From IMG/VR virus record IMGVR_UViG_2873063797_000001, positions 1 through 64,000 of that record: a stretch of 64,000 nt of DNA, one strand, 5' to 3'. Position numbers and translations under genes: made by a program. The DNA comes from a virus. Taxonomy: Duplodnaviria; Caudoviricetes. The notes below the pieces were generated by a model. The model had not been told where the DNA came from. It made no database searches and saw only the letters and a list, made by a program, of their open reading frames with translations. This document shows, piece by piece, positions 38,145 through 46,211 of the stretch. How positions within the stretch are numbered: position 1 is the first letter of the stretch; every line of letters starts with the position of its first letter.

Positions 38145-38755
38145 GGCTGCGGGTGCTCCTTGGGCTGGTCCTGGTCGGCGCGGGCGGTGAGGACGGCGGC
38201 TATCTCGGCGTGAGACAGGGGCTGGGTGTCGGCTGCGGCGGACCGGGCGCGGGTGAGGGCGTCTCCGAGGGCGCGTACCGCGGGGTTCGGTGCGGCCGGC
38301 GTGGGGGCGGTGTCGGTGCGCTGGTCGCAGAGGGCGGTGATCTGCCGGGCGCGGTGGAGTTCCTGCGCGGTGTGGATGGTGTAGACGTGGGCGGCGCCGT
38401 GGGGGCAGCGGATCGCGGCGTGGAAGGTGGGGGTGTGGTCGGTGGTGGCGTGGGCGGGGGTGTGGGTGATGACGGTGCCGTCGTTGAGTCGGGCGGTGGG
38501 GCCGTGCCAGGTGCGGACGGGGATGGGGAGGCGGGCGGTTGCGGAGGCGAGGGCGGCGCGGGCGGCGGCTTGTTCTTGGGCGCCCATGGGGCCGACGAAC
38601 ACGCGGCGGCGGACGGGGAGGGGTTCGCGAAGGTCGACGATGGTGGTGGCGTTGACGGGAGTGTTTTTGGGGCGGGCTTTGGTGGTGGTTTTGCGGGCCC
38701 GGGGGGTTGTCTTCTTCGCGGTTTGCTTGTTCGCGTTGCGTGTTCTGGTGGCCAT
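38141..38755 (-). CDS. Hypothetical protein with a basic N-terminus
   Basis: GGAGG RBS; K/T-rich tail. Confidence 0.7.
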   Translation of the reverse strand: MATRTRNANKQTAKKTTPRARKTTTKARPKNTPVNATTIVDLREPLPVRRRVFVGPMGAQEQAAARAALASATARLPIPVRTWHGPTARLNDGTVITHTPAHATTDHTPTFHAAIRCPHGAAHVYTIHTAQELHRARQITALCDQRTDTAPTPAAPNPAVRALGDALTRARSAAADTQPLSHAEIAAVLTARADQDQPKEHPQP

Positions 38756-38815
38756 CGTGGGCCTCCGTCCTGGGTTGGGGCTGGGTGGTGCTCCGGTGCT
38801 CGTGCTGGGCGGCTG

Positions 38816-39109
38816 CTAGAGGCCGGCTGCGGTCTGTTGGGCGGCGGCCACGATGCAGTCGGCGGCGTGCAGGTGGTCGGCGGGAAGGCGGTAGTCGTCG
38901 TGCTCCCGCTCCGGCTGGCACTGGCAGACCAGGGACTCGATGAAGGCGAGTTCCTTCTTGACGGCGGTCAGCTCGTCCAGGGCTTCGCCGAGTACCTCGG
39001 TGCGGACCGCGTTGTACAAGCGCTCCACGCGGGCATCGGTGGTTTCTCGGGGTGTCCACATGTCGCTGAGGAGGCTGACGTACCGCCGGATCTCGTCGCG
39101 GGCGGTCAT
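38816..39109 (-). CDS. Hypothetical protein
   Basis: ATGA coupling. Confidence 0.65.
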   Translation of the reverse strand: MTARDEIRRYVSLLSDMWTPRETTDARVERLYNAVRTEVLGEALDELTAVKKELAFIESLVCQCQPEREHDDYRLPADHLHAADCIVAAAQQTAAGL

Positions 39110-39339
39110 GCTGTCTGCTCGTTCTGCGCGAGGGCGTGGGTGACCTGGATCTGGTGGAGGTAGCCGTCGGCGTAGCCCTGGGCCCAGAGGCGGTCGTACT
39201 GGTCGGCCATGGAGGCACGGTCGTGGGCCTGGCGGGCGGGGAGCTTGCTGATGGCGTCGAGTTCGCCGTCGAAGTAGCCGGCGTTGTAGGAGTTGTCGTC
39301 GGCGGAGGTGGCGTCCGTGGTGAAGGTCGGCATGGTCAT
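39106..39339 (-). CDS. Hypothetical protein
   Basis: GAAAGG RBS. Confidence 0.65.
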   Translation of the reverse strand: MTMPTFTTDATSADDNSYNAGYFDGELDAISKLPARQAHDRASMADQYDRLWAQGYADGYLHQIQVTHALAQNEQTA

Positions 39340-39351
39340 GGTGTGGCCCTT

Positions 39352-39666
39352 TCAGGCGGCGTGGGGGGTGGGGAGGTCGGCGTCGGGCTGGTCCGTGTCG
39401 AGGGCCAGGGCGTGGACACGGATGCGAGGGGAGGCCGGGTTGTCGGGGTCGGTGCGGGTGTGGAGGGTCCACATGCAGACGCCGGAGCCGTGGGGGGCGT
39501 CCTGGCAGGTGATGCGGCCGCCGAGGGCGTACCACCAGGTGGTGAGGTCGTCGAGGCTGGTGGTGAAGACGTGGGCTTCGGTGCCGTGGTCGGTGATGCG
39601 GGCGTGGGGGAGGTTGTTGAGGTCGGCTGCGGTTTCGGCCTGGATGGCGGGGGTGAGGGTGTGCAT
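39352..39666 (-). CDS. Hypothetical protein
   Basis: GGGAG RBS. Confidence 0.65.
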   Translation of the reverse strand: MHTLTPAIQAETAADLNNLPHARITDHGTEAHVFTTSLDDLTTWWYALGGRITCQDAPHGSGVCMWTLHTRTDPDNPASPRIRVHALALDTDQPDADLPTPHAA

Positions 39667-39751
39667 GCGGGGCTCCCTGGTGCGGAGGGTGGCTGCTGGG
39701 GGCCGGCCGCGCGGTGTCGGCTTCACGCGTGGCCGGCCCCGGTCTTGGGGG

Positions 39752-40084
39752 TCAGGCGGTTTCGCGGTGCTGGTCGGCGCACCAGGGGCACTGGTGGCGG
39801 CCGAGGTTGTAGCCGTCGCCGGGTTCGATGACGTGGGCGTCGGGGTCGGCGGCGTCGAAGATGGTGGGGCACCAGCAGGAGCAGCCGCAGCGGCGGATCT
39901 CGGTGCCGTAGGGGATGCGGAGGCCGGCGATGGACGCGGCGGCGAGCATGAGGGCGACGTATTCGCCGTTGTCGGCGGTGTTGTCGGCGAGTTCCATGGC
40001 GTGGTCGAAGCGGTCCTGGTCGTCGGTGCTCAGGGTCCGGTAGTTGGCTTCGAGGCGTGCGGGGGCGTGCGTCATCAGGGCCAT
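39752..40084 (-). CDS. Cys-rich hypothetical protein
   Basis: GGAG RBS; first gene after the conserved promoter copy. Confidence 0.7.
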   Translation of the reverse strand: MALMTHAPARLEANYRTLSTDDQDRFDHAMELADNTADNGEYVALMLAAASIAGLRIPYGTEIRRCGCSCWCPTIFDAADPDAHVIEPGDGYNLGRHQCPWCADQHRETA

Positions 40085-40161
40085 GGGTGGCTCCGGGTGT
40101 TGAAGGGGGGTACTCCGCCTGCCGGTTGAGGGGCTAGGCGTTGTCGGCCCATTCAAAGTAG

Positions 40162-40193
40162 CCCATATTCCATGGCGTTAGCAATAGGTCTAC
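40162..40193 (-). promoter_or_regulatory. Conserved promoter/operator copy
   Basis: GTAGAC-CTATTG CTAACG CCATGG-AATATGGG; 17 bp identical to the 34218 copy. Confidence 0.7.
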
Positions 40194-40207
40194 GGGTGTG
40201 GGCATGA

Positions 40208-40240
40208 GAAAAGCCCCGACCCGGTTCGGGTCAGGGCTCT
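40208..40240 (-). terminator. Intrinsic terminator
   Basis: agccctgaccc / gggtcggggct stem plus TTTT on the minus strand. Confidence 0.7.
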
Positions 40241-40264
40241 GTGTCTCGGTTGTGCCGGCGGTAG

Positions 40265-40534
40265 TCAGGGCCAGTCGGAGGACGCTCTGAGCTTGGCCGC
40301 GGTCCGCTTGAAGTGGGCGGTGAGGACGTCGGACCAGTCGACGTACTTTACGGATCCGGTGCGGCCACGGACGCTGACCGTTGTGATTCCGTCCTCTTTC
40401 ACCCACCGGCGGATCGTGTCCGGGCGAGCGTCATGCCCGGTGCGGGCGAGGAGTGCGGACGCCTCGTTGTACGTGACCGGTTGCTCGAGGTCCTCGATGG
40501 ACTCGGGGCGCGGGCTGTGGTGCAGTGCGGCCAT
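40265..40534 (-). CDS. MerR/Xis-like HTH protein
   Basis: VTYNEASALL......TIRRWV. Confidence 0.7.
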   Translation of the reverse strand: MAALHHSPRPESIEDLEQPVTYNEASALLARTGHDARPDTIRRWVKEDGITTVSVRGRTGSVKYVDWSDVLTAHFKRTAAKLRASSDWP

Positions 40535-40671
40535 GGTGGCGGCCTCCCAGATCAGCGGCCGCAGTTCGCAGCTCCAGCAGCCGATACGGGTGGATGGCGA
40601 GGCATCCGGTGTGGTGGTGGTGTCGTGCGTGTTCAGTTGTGGTGGTGGTTCTTAGACCGGCGGGTGGGGGT

Positions 40672-41211
40672 CTAGGTTGCGTTGCGGCGCCAGATTTCTG
40701 TGCGCTCGATTTTCTGGGCGGCGAGCCGGGCCAATGTCCAGCTGGTGGAGAGGCCTTCGGGGGTGGTGCAGCGGCGGTTGGTGCAGCGGGCGCGGCGTGC
40801 GGCCGAATCCCACATGAGACCCCAGTACCCGCAGCCGGGGCACGGCTGCTTGCAGACCTCGTCGGTCTCGCCGAGGCGTACGGCGTGCTCGAGGCGCTGC
40901 TTTTCGAAGAGGTGCTCGCGGTGTGCCTGCTGGGCCTGGTCGGCGTCGCCGGTCGCGTTGATCGACCACTCGTAGAGGTCGGCGCGGGTGGCGGGCATGG
41001 GGCCGGCGTCGGGGGCTATCTCGCGGGTGAGCGCGATGACTTCGCCGGCCTTCTCGGCGAGGTAGTCGACGAGGCCGATGTTCAGTGGTGCGCCGGCCGT
41101 GGTGGAGGGGTTGCGGCGTTCCTGGGGTCCGTTGGCGGGGTGGTGTCGGAGTTCGGGGGAGTCGAGCAGGCGGAGGGCTTTTGCTGCGGCTGTGGCGGTG
41201 TCTTGGCCCAT
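40672..41211 (-). CDS. Hypothetical protein with a zinc ribbon
   Basis: CPGCG...C...C. Confidence 0.7.
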   Translation of the reverse strand: MGQDTATAAAKALRLLDSPELRHHPANGPQERRNPSTTAGAPLNIGLVDYLAEKAGEVIALTREIAPDAGPMPATRADLYEWSINATGDADQAQQAHREHLFEKQRLEHAVRLGETDEVCKQPCPGCGYWGLMWDSAARRARCTNRRCTTPEGLSTSWTLARLAAQKIERTEIWRRNAT

Positions 41212-41443
41212 GTGTCCCCGTCCCCTGTTGCTGGCCGTCCCGTGGGGGCGCATGCGGGGCCTGTGTGGGGCAGGGGCGTGCGCGGGTGGCCGGATGCTGT
41301 TGCTCCGGGTGTTCCGGACGCCCCATCGTGCCACGAACTGGTCGCGTGTTGAACAGAGTGTGGCAAAGGATCAACGGTTGGTTGCTGTTGTTGCAGTTTG
41401 GTGACTGGCGGTAACTGTCAAAACCCCCGGCATATGCGGATGT

Positions 41444-41797
41444 TCAGGCGAGGAGCCCTGGTGCCGCGGCCATTCCATCGAGCATTCCGACGAGGTCGGC
41501 GTGCGCCGGCTTGTCGATGAGGCCCTGGGCGAGAGCGCCGTCCAGGGTGCGGCGCATCAGGCTGAGGCTGATCAGGAACGCTTCGGCGGTGTCCTCGTCG
41601 GTGAGAGTCCTTCGGTGGTCGGCGAAGGCTTTCTCGATGGTGGCGGCGAGGCGCTGCTGGGGGGTGAGGTCGCCGGACGGTTCGGGCATGGCCGCCTCCT
41701 GGTGGCGGCGGGTACGGCGGGGGCGCCGGAACGCGAACACGGTGGCGGTGCAGCCGTCGCCGGGGTCGGGTCCGGTGTGGGCGGGTTCTGCGGACAT
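41444..41797 (-). CDS. Hypothetical protein
   Basis: GGAG RBS; codon bias. Confidence 0.6.
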   Translation of the reverse strand: MSAEPAHTGPDPGDGCTATVFAFRRPRRTRRHQEAAMPEPSGDLTPQQRLAATIEKAFADHRRTLTDEDTAEAFLISLSLMRRTLDGALAQGLIDKPAHADLVGMLDGMAAAPGLLA

Positions 41798-42488
41798 GGG
41801 GCGTCTCCGCTCCTCCGGCAGATTCGGGAAGGTCCTCGTACAGCCTGGTATTCGCAGTACCGGGCCCTGTAGGTTGCACGCCGACTGCCAGTCCGGTGTG
41901 CGGGTGCTTACTGTGTCACTTTGTACGGTAGGTGGGGTAGACACGTCTGAGTATTGAGCAGGTAATGACGCGTGTTCTGGCCAAAGTGTGACGTGCTGTA
42001 GGCCGAATCCCAACACCCGGTGACTACTTGCGGGTTGCATGAAAAATGCCCCGCACTGGCTGCGGTGGGGGTGCGGAGTTGCCGACAACACACCGCCCGG
42101 CTTCCAGTGGGGGCCGAGACCTCACGGGCGCAGGCCCGTCCGGTAGACGTCAGTCTAGTGCGGAAGCCCTTTGCGGGGGAGCCCCTTGCTGCCCCTGGCC
42201 GTCTCAGTTGCGGCCGGTGGGGTGTGGGGGTGGCCGGGAGTGGCGCGGGTTCTGCCGCGGTGGCCGGGATACGGCCGGTGGGCTGCGATCCACGCGGCCG
42301 CTCCCGGCCGTGCGGCCACCAACCGGATCGGTGTGGTGGCGGGTTCCACCCAACCCGCAGATATATGCACCATGGAAGTCCGGTCTGGGGGAGATCACTC
42401 GTGTGAGTGACGCAGAAACCCCGGCAAGAGTGGGCAACTGACCCAGATTCAAGACGGCAGGTCGGGCCGTGTCCGGAACGCAGAAAGG

Positions 42489-42528
42489 GGGCCCCGCCCT
42501 CCCGTCGGTGGACGGGGAGGCGGGGCCC
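42489..42528 (-). terminator. Long hairpin downstream of parB
   Basis: About 18-bp stem with one bulge, 4-nt loop. Confidence 0.65.
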
Positions 42529-42537
42529 TCGGGCTGT

Positions 42538-43665
42538 TCAGTGGGCGGTGTCGGCAGTCTCGTCGACCAGGCCCCGGGCCAGCTCTTGCAACCGCTGCGG
42601 AGCGCGGTCCCGGGCCATCCTGTTGATGATCTCCACCAGTTCGAAGAACAGGTCCTCGTCGGGCATCTTCGCCCCGACGAGCATGGCGACCGCGCCGGGC
42701 TTGTCCCACTCGATCGGCCGCGGGGACCGGGCCTCGGCGGGCGTGGACCGCGGTTCGGGGATCACCTCCGTCGCGGGCGGTCGGACGGAAGTCGGTGCAG
42801 TTGTCTTCTCTTCTGACGGCGTCGGGTCGACGGACCCACTAGGTGGGGAAGGCGTCGGCGCCGGCGTGAGGGCAGGCGCCGGAGCCGTTTCCGGCCGGTC
42901 GGCGTATACCGCGGTATACGCGTCGGGCGTCTTCTCGGGCTCGGCGGCCGTCGTCTTCGGCGCGCGGGTGACCGGAACCGGTGTCGGTGCCTGGGGCTGC
43001 TCTTGGTCTGCCTTCCACGCGGCGTACTGCTCTGCGGCGGGCAGGGAGGCGTAGCGGCGCATGTCCCGGAACGCGGTCAGCTTCCCCTCGAGGACGAGCT
43101 GCACCATCTCATCGGAGAGCCGCAGCAGGCCGATCCGCTGGTTGAACCACGCCTTGGACTTGCCCATGGCGCGGGCGGCCGCGGCCTGGTTCCCGTCGTG
43201 GAGTTCAAGCATGGCGCGCAGGCCGTCGGCTTCTTCGATGGGATTGAAGTTGGCGCGCTGCACGTTCTCGGACAGGACCGCGGCAAGGAACCGGATCCGG
43301 GACTCGGTGAGGTCGTGCCGCAGGAGCAGGTCGACGGTGCCGAGGCCGACCTGACGTGCTGCGCGCCAGCGTCGTTCGCCGGCGGCCATCACGTACCGGC
43401 AACTGTCGGGCAGCTGGCCGGCGTGCTCCGGGTACAGCTTGAGGTAGGCGGCCTTGTTCACGGCGACGCACGGCTGGAGCTGCCCGCCGCGCATGTCCTC
43501 GCCGAGTTCGGTGAGCTCGGTGTCGTCGAACGCCCGCCGCGGGTTGAGGGGGGTGGGGGCGACGGTGTCCGGGTGTACATGGATCAGGTCGGGGCGGCTG
43601 GCCCCGGGTACGGCCTCTACCTTGCTTCCGGCGAGCGAGGCGAGGGAGACGCGCTTGCCGGCCAT
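42538..43665 (-). CDS. parB: ParB/Spo0J-family partition protein
   Basis: PLNPRRAF, GQLQP, AGERRWRAA, ENVQR....IEEA and an HTH. Confidence 0.95.
   Translation of the reverse strand: MAGKRVSLASLAGSKVEAVPGASRPDLIHVHPDTVAPTPLNPRRAFDDTELTELGEDMRGGQLQPCVAVNKAAYLKLYPEHAGQLPDSCRYVMAAGERRWRAARQVGLGTVDLLLRHDLTESRIRFLAAVLSENVQRANFNPIEEADGLRAMLELHDGNQAAAARAMGKSKAWFNQRIGLLRLSDEMVQLVLEGKLTAFRDMRRYASLPAAEQYAAWKADQEQPQAPTPVPVTRAPKTTAAEPEKTPDAYTAVYADRPETAPAPALTPAPTPSPPSGSVDPTPSEEKTTAPTSVRPPATEVIPEPRSTPAEARSPRPIEWDKPGAVAMLVGAKMPDEDLFFELVEIINRMARDRAPQRLQELARGLVDETADTAH
42902..42921. repeat. Perfect palindrome, candidate parS copy 1 (inside parB)
   Basis: gcgtataccgcggtatacgc. Confidence 0.75.
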
Positions 43666-44327
43666 CAGCGGCGCCCTCCGTAACCGCGCTCCAGGGCGAG
43701 ACGGAAGTAGTCCTCGCGGGCCCGGAGGGTGGTGCCGTTGTCGGCGTACTGGGTGACGACCTTGCCTTCGGACGCCGCACGAGTGTGGATCTTGTAGCGG
43801 CGGATGACGGTCTTCGCCCGGGGCCAGCCCATCGCGTCGATGTAGGCGATGGTGTCCTCGAGGTCGGCTTTGCCGTCGCGGGGGTCCCAGGCGTTGATGA
43901 CGACCGTGTACGGCAGGCCGCGGGGGACGATGACCCGTTCGATGGTGCGGGCGGTCGGGTCGAAGGCGAGCGGCTCCGGAGGCATGGGGACGAGGACGTC
44001 ATCGGCGATGTCGAGGGCGGCGGCGAGGATGTGCTCGTTCTCGAGGCTGCCGGGGGTGTCGATGAAGATGTGCTGCCGGTCGTCGCTCTGGCCGAGGACG
44101 TCGTGGGTGACGGCGGCCAGGTTCACGGCGGTCGTGGTCTTACCGACGCCGCCCTTCTGGTTGGCGATGACGTGGATTTGCGCGCCGAGGTTTTTGAGGT
44201 CGGCGAGGCTGTCGGGGTCTTCGTGGGCGGCGGCGAAGTCGAAGGGGAGGTTGTCGCCGACGCGGTCGGCCCACCAGATGGTTGACCCTTGGGGGTCGGT
44301 GGACACGACGAGGACTGAGGACGGCAT
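43665..44327 (-). CDS. parA: ParA-family ATPase with permuted motif order
   Basis: VLVVSTDPQGS (A') precedes NQKGGVGKT (A), then HIFIDTPG (B); GGAG RBS. Confidence 0.9.
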   Translation of the reverse strand: MPSSVLVVSTDPQGSTIWWADRVGDNLPFDFAAAHEDPDSLADLKNLGAQIHVIANQKGGVGKTTTAVNLAAVTHDVLGQSDDRQHIFIDTPGSLENEHILAAALDIADDVLVPMPPEPLAFDPTARTIERVIVPRGLPYTVVINAWDPRDGKADLEDTIAYIDAMGWPRAKTVIRRYKIHTRAASEGKVVTQYADNGTTLRAREDYFRLALERGYGGRR

Positions 44328-44451
44328 GGGTGCTCCGTTTCCGTGTGCTTCCCGGGGCGTGGCGCTCCGGTACTCGGACGGGGCATAGCTTCTCAGATGG
44401 CCCGGGTGGGGTGTGGGATTGGGCCGGTTTCGGGCGGTGCCGTCGGCCCGG

Positions 44452-44473
44452 GGCGTATACCGCGGTATACGCC
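44452..44473. repeat. Perfect palindrome, candidate parS copy 2
   Basis: ggcgtataccgcggtatacgcc upstream of parA. Confidence 0.75.
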
Positions 44474-44531
44474 GGGGCTGTTCGTCTGGGCCTGCGATCA
44501 CGGTCTGTTCGCCGGCGCGTGGGGCGGGAGG

Positions 44532-44547
44532 GTATACCGCGGTATAC
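44532..44547. repeat. Perfect palindrome, candidate parS copy 3
   Basis: gtataccgcggtatac. Confidence 0.75.
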
Positions 44548-44565
44548 GCGCAGAGGGCTCTCCAA

Positions 44566-44730
44566 TCAGTTCAGTGGTTCGTCCTCGTCGTCCTCGAGGA
44601 GTTCGTCGGCGTAGGGCTGCCCGTCCTGGTAGGCGGCTTCACGGAACAGGGCGCGGTGGTCGCGGGTGAGCGGGGGCCGCGGGTAGGTGATGCGCGGCTT
44701 GGCGGCCCGGACGGGGGTGGGGGCGGTCAT
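44566..44730 (-). CDS. Small hypothetical protein
   Basis: ATGA coupling. Confidence 0.55.
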   Translation of the reverse strand: MTAPTPVRAAKPRITYPRPPLTRDHRALFREAAYQDGQPYADELLEDDEDEPLN

Positions 44731-44882
44731 CGCGGGCTCCCGGCGGTGGTTAGGAGCACCGGCATGTCGACGGGCTCGGGTTGGAGGGTGGGTGCGTTGT
44801 GGAGGCGGGCCCATTGGTCGAGCCAGGCGCGTTCGTCGGCTTCTTCGGCGGCGTGCCAGGCGGGGGTGTGGGTGAGGACCAT
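44727..44882 (-). CDS. Small hypothetical protein
   Basis: GGAG RBS. Confidence 0.55.
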   Translation of the reverse strand: MVLTHTPAWHAAEEADERAWLDQWARLHNAPTLQPEPVDMPVLLTTAGSPR

Positions 44883-44995
44883 GGGCGGCTCCGATCGTGC
44901 GGGGTGATCGCGACCACGGTGCACCAGGAACCGCCAGCGTGTTGCCCCCTGCCGTGGACCTTCGTTGTTCACAGCAACCTGCGTAGGAGGACGGG

Positions 44996-45208
44996 ATGAG
45001 TAGGAACAAGGACGCAGTCCGGCTGGCCGTGCTGAAGGGTGTGTCGTACAGCATGGCTTTGCGGGTAATCCGTGAGGCCCATGCTGAGTCGCCGGACGAG
45101 TCGCATCATGCGGTAGCGGTGCGTCTGATTGAGGCGGAGGAGACCCGGTTGGCAGCCGTTCCGGTCAAGACTGTTACGGCGATGTTCCTGGAGCCGAGGG
45201 CCCAGTAG
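44996..45208 (+). CDS. 70-aa hypothetical protein opposite the surrounding operon
   Basis: AGGAGG RBS; fills a gap; less GC-biased codons. Confidence 0.6.
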   Translation: MSRNKDAVRLAVLKGVSYSMALRVIREAHAESPDESHHAVAVRLIEAEETRLAAVPVKTVTAMFLEPRAQ

Positions 45209-45997
45209 TCAGGCGGCGCCGAAGAGCCGGCGGGGTCCACTGCCGCCTGCCTTCTCGCGGCGGGCTCGGGCGATGGCGGCCTGGCGGACGGCTTCCCGTT
45301 CGTCGACCTGGGCGGCCTCGAGTCGGTCGGTCTCCCACACGGCGTCGCGGTGCTCGGTTTCGGGTTGGCGGCCGGCGCGGAGGGCGGCTTCCTGTCGGGT
45401 GCGGGCTTCGATCTCGTAGGGGTCGATGCGCTGGTGTTGGGTGCCGCGGTGCTCGAGGGCGAGGGCGAGCGTGTGTTGGTAGCCGGGGTGGGCGGTGTCG
45501 CGGGTCTTCACGGGCCCGGCCGGTACGGGGGCCTGCTCGGGGTCGAGGGCGTCGGCTGCGGTCCGGTGGTCGCCGCCGGGGGCGAGGACGCGGATGCTGC
45601 GGACGGCGGGCTTGCCGAGCTGCCGGTTGAGGTGGGCGACGAGTTGCTGCTGGAAGAGCCGTATCTGGGTGGCGTAGGCCGGGGAGGACGGCCGGAGTTC
45701 GAGGATGCCGCGGTCGGGGTCGTAGGCGACGGCTTGGACGGTGGTCGCGAGTTCGGTGGGGGCGATGGTGGCCCACTGGTCGAGGAGGTTGCCGCCGTTG
45801 AGGCCGGCGTCCCAGCCTTGTTCGGCTTGGAGGCGTCCGAGGATGTTGCCGAGTCCTTGGGGGTCGCGTCCTTCGCCGCGTACGGGTCGGGGTCCACGGC
45901 GGGTCTTCTTCGCGGGCGCGGGTGCGGTTTTGGCGTTGGCGCGGGCGGCGGCGAGCGCCATGCGGGCCAGATCAGCACCGGAACCCTGCTCGGTCAC
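45209..45997 (-). CDS. DciA (DUF721)-like protein
   Basis: RDPQGLG..L..L....GW......LL.QW......LEL..SSPAYATQ.RL...L...V..IRV. Confidence 0.8.
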   Translation of the reverse strand: MTEQGSGADLARMALAAARANAKTAPAPAKKTRRGPRPVRGEGRDPQGLGNILGRLQAEQGWDAGLNGGNLLDQWATIAPTELATTVQAVAYDPDRGILELRPSSPAYATQIRLFQQQLVAHLNRQLGKPAVRSIRVLAPGGDHRTAADALDPEQAPVPAGPVKTRDTAHPGYQHTLALALEHRGTQHQRIDPYEIEARTRQEAALRAGRQPETEHRDAVWETDRLEAAQVDEREAVRQAAIARARREKAGGSGPRRLFGAA

Positions 45998-46200
45998 TGG
46001 GCACCTCCGTTGATCGCTCGGGCGACGGCAAGGGCGTGTTGAGCGTCTTCGGGCAGTGCAGCGTCCTCGCGGAGTTCGACGCCTTCCCAAGAGGCCAGCC
46101 AGCGGGTCACGGGGACCCTCAGCCTGGCCAGGTCAGCGGCAGTGGTGTGGTGGCTTTGGAGGGTCCGAACAGCGGCAGCGATCTCGTCGGCAATGATCAT
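45994..46200 (-). CDS. Hypothetical protein
   Basis: GGAG RBS; coupled. Confidence 0.65.
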   Translation of the reverse strand: MIIADEIAAAVRTLQSHHTTAADLARLRVPVTRWLASWEGVELREDAALPEDAQHALAVARAINGGAQ

Positions 46201-46211
46201 GGCGGGTCTCC

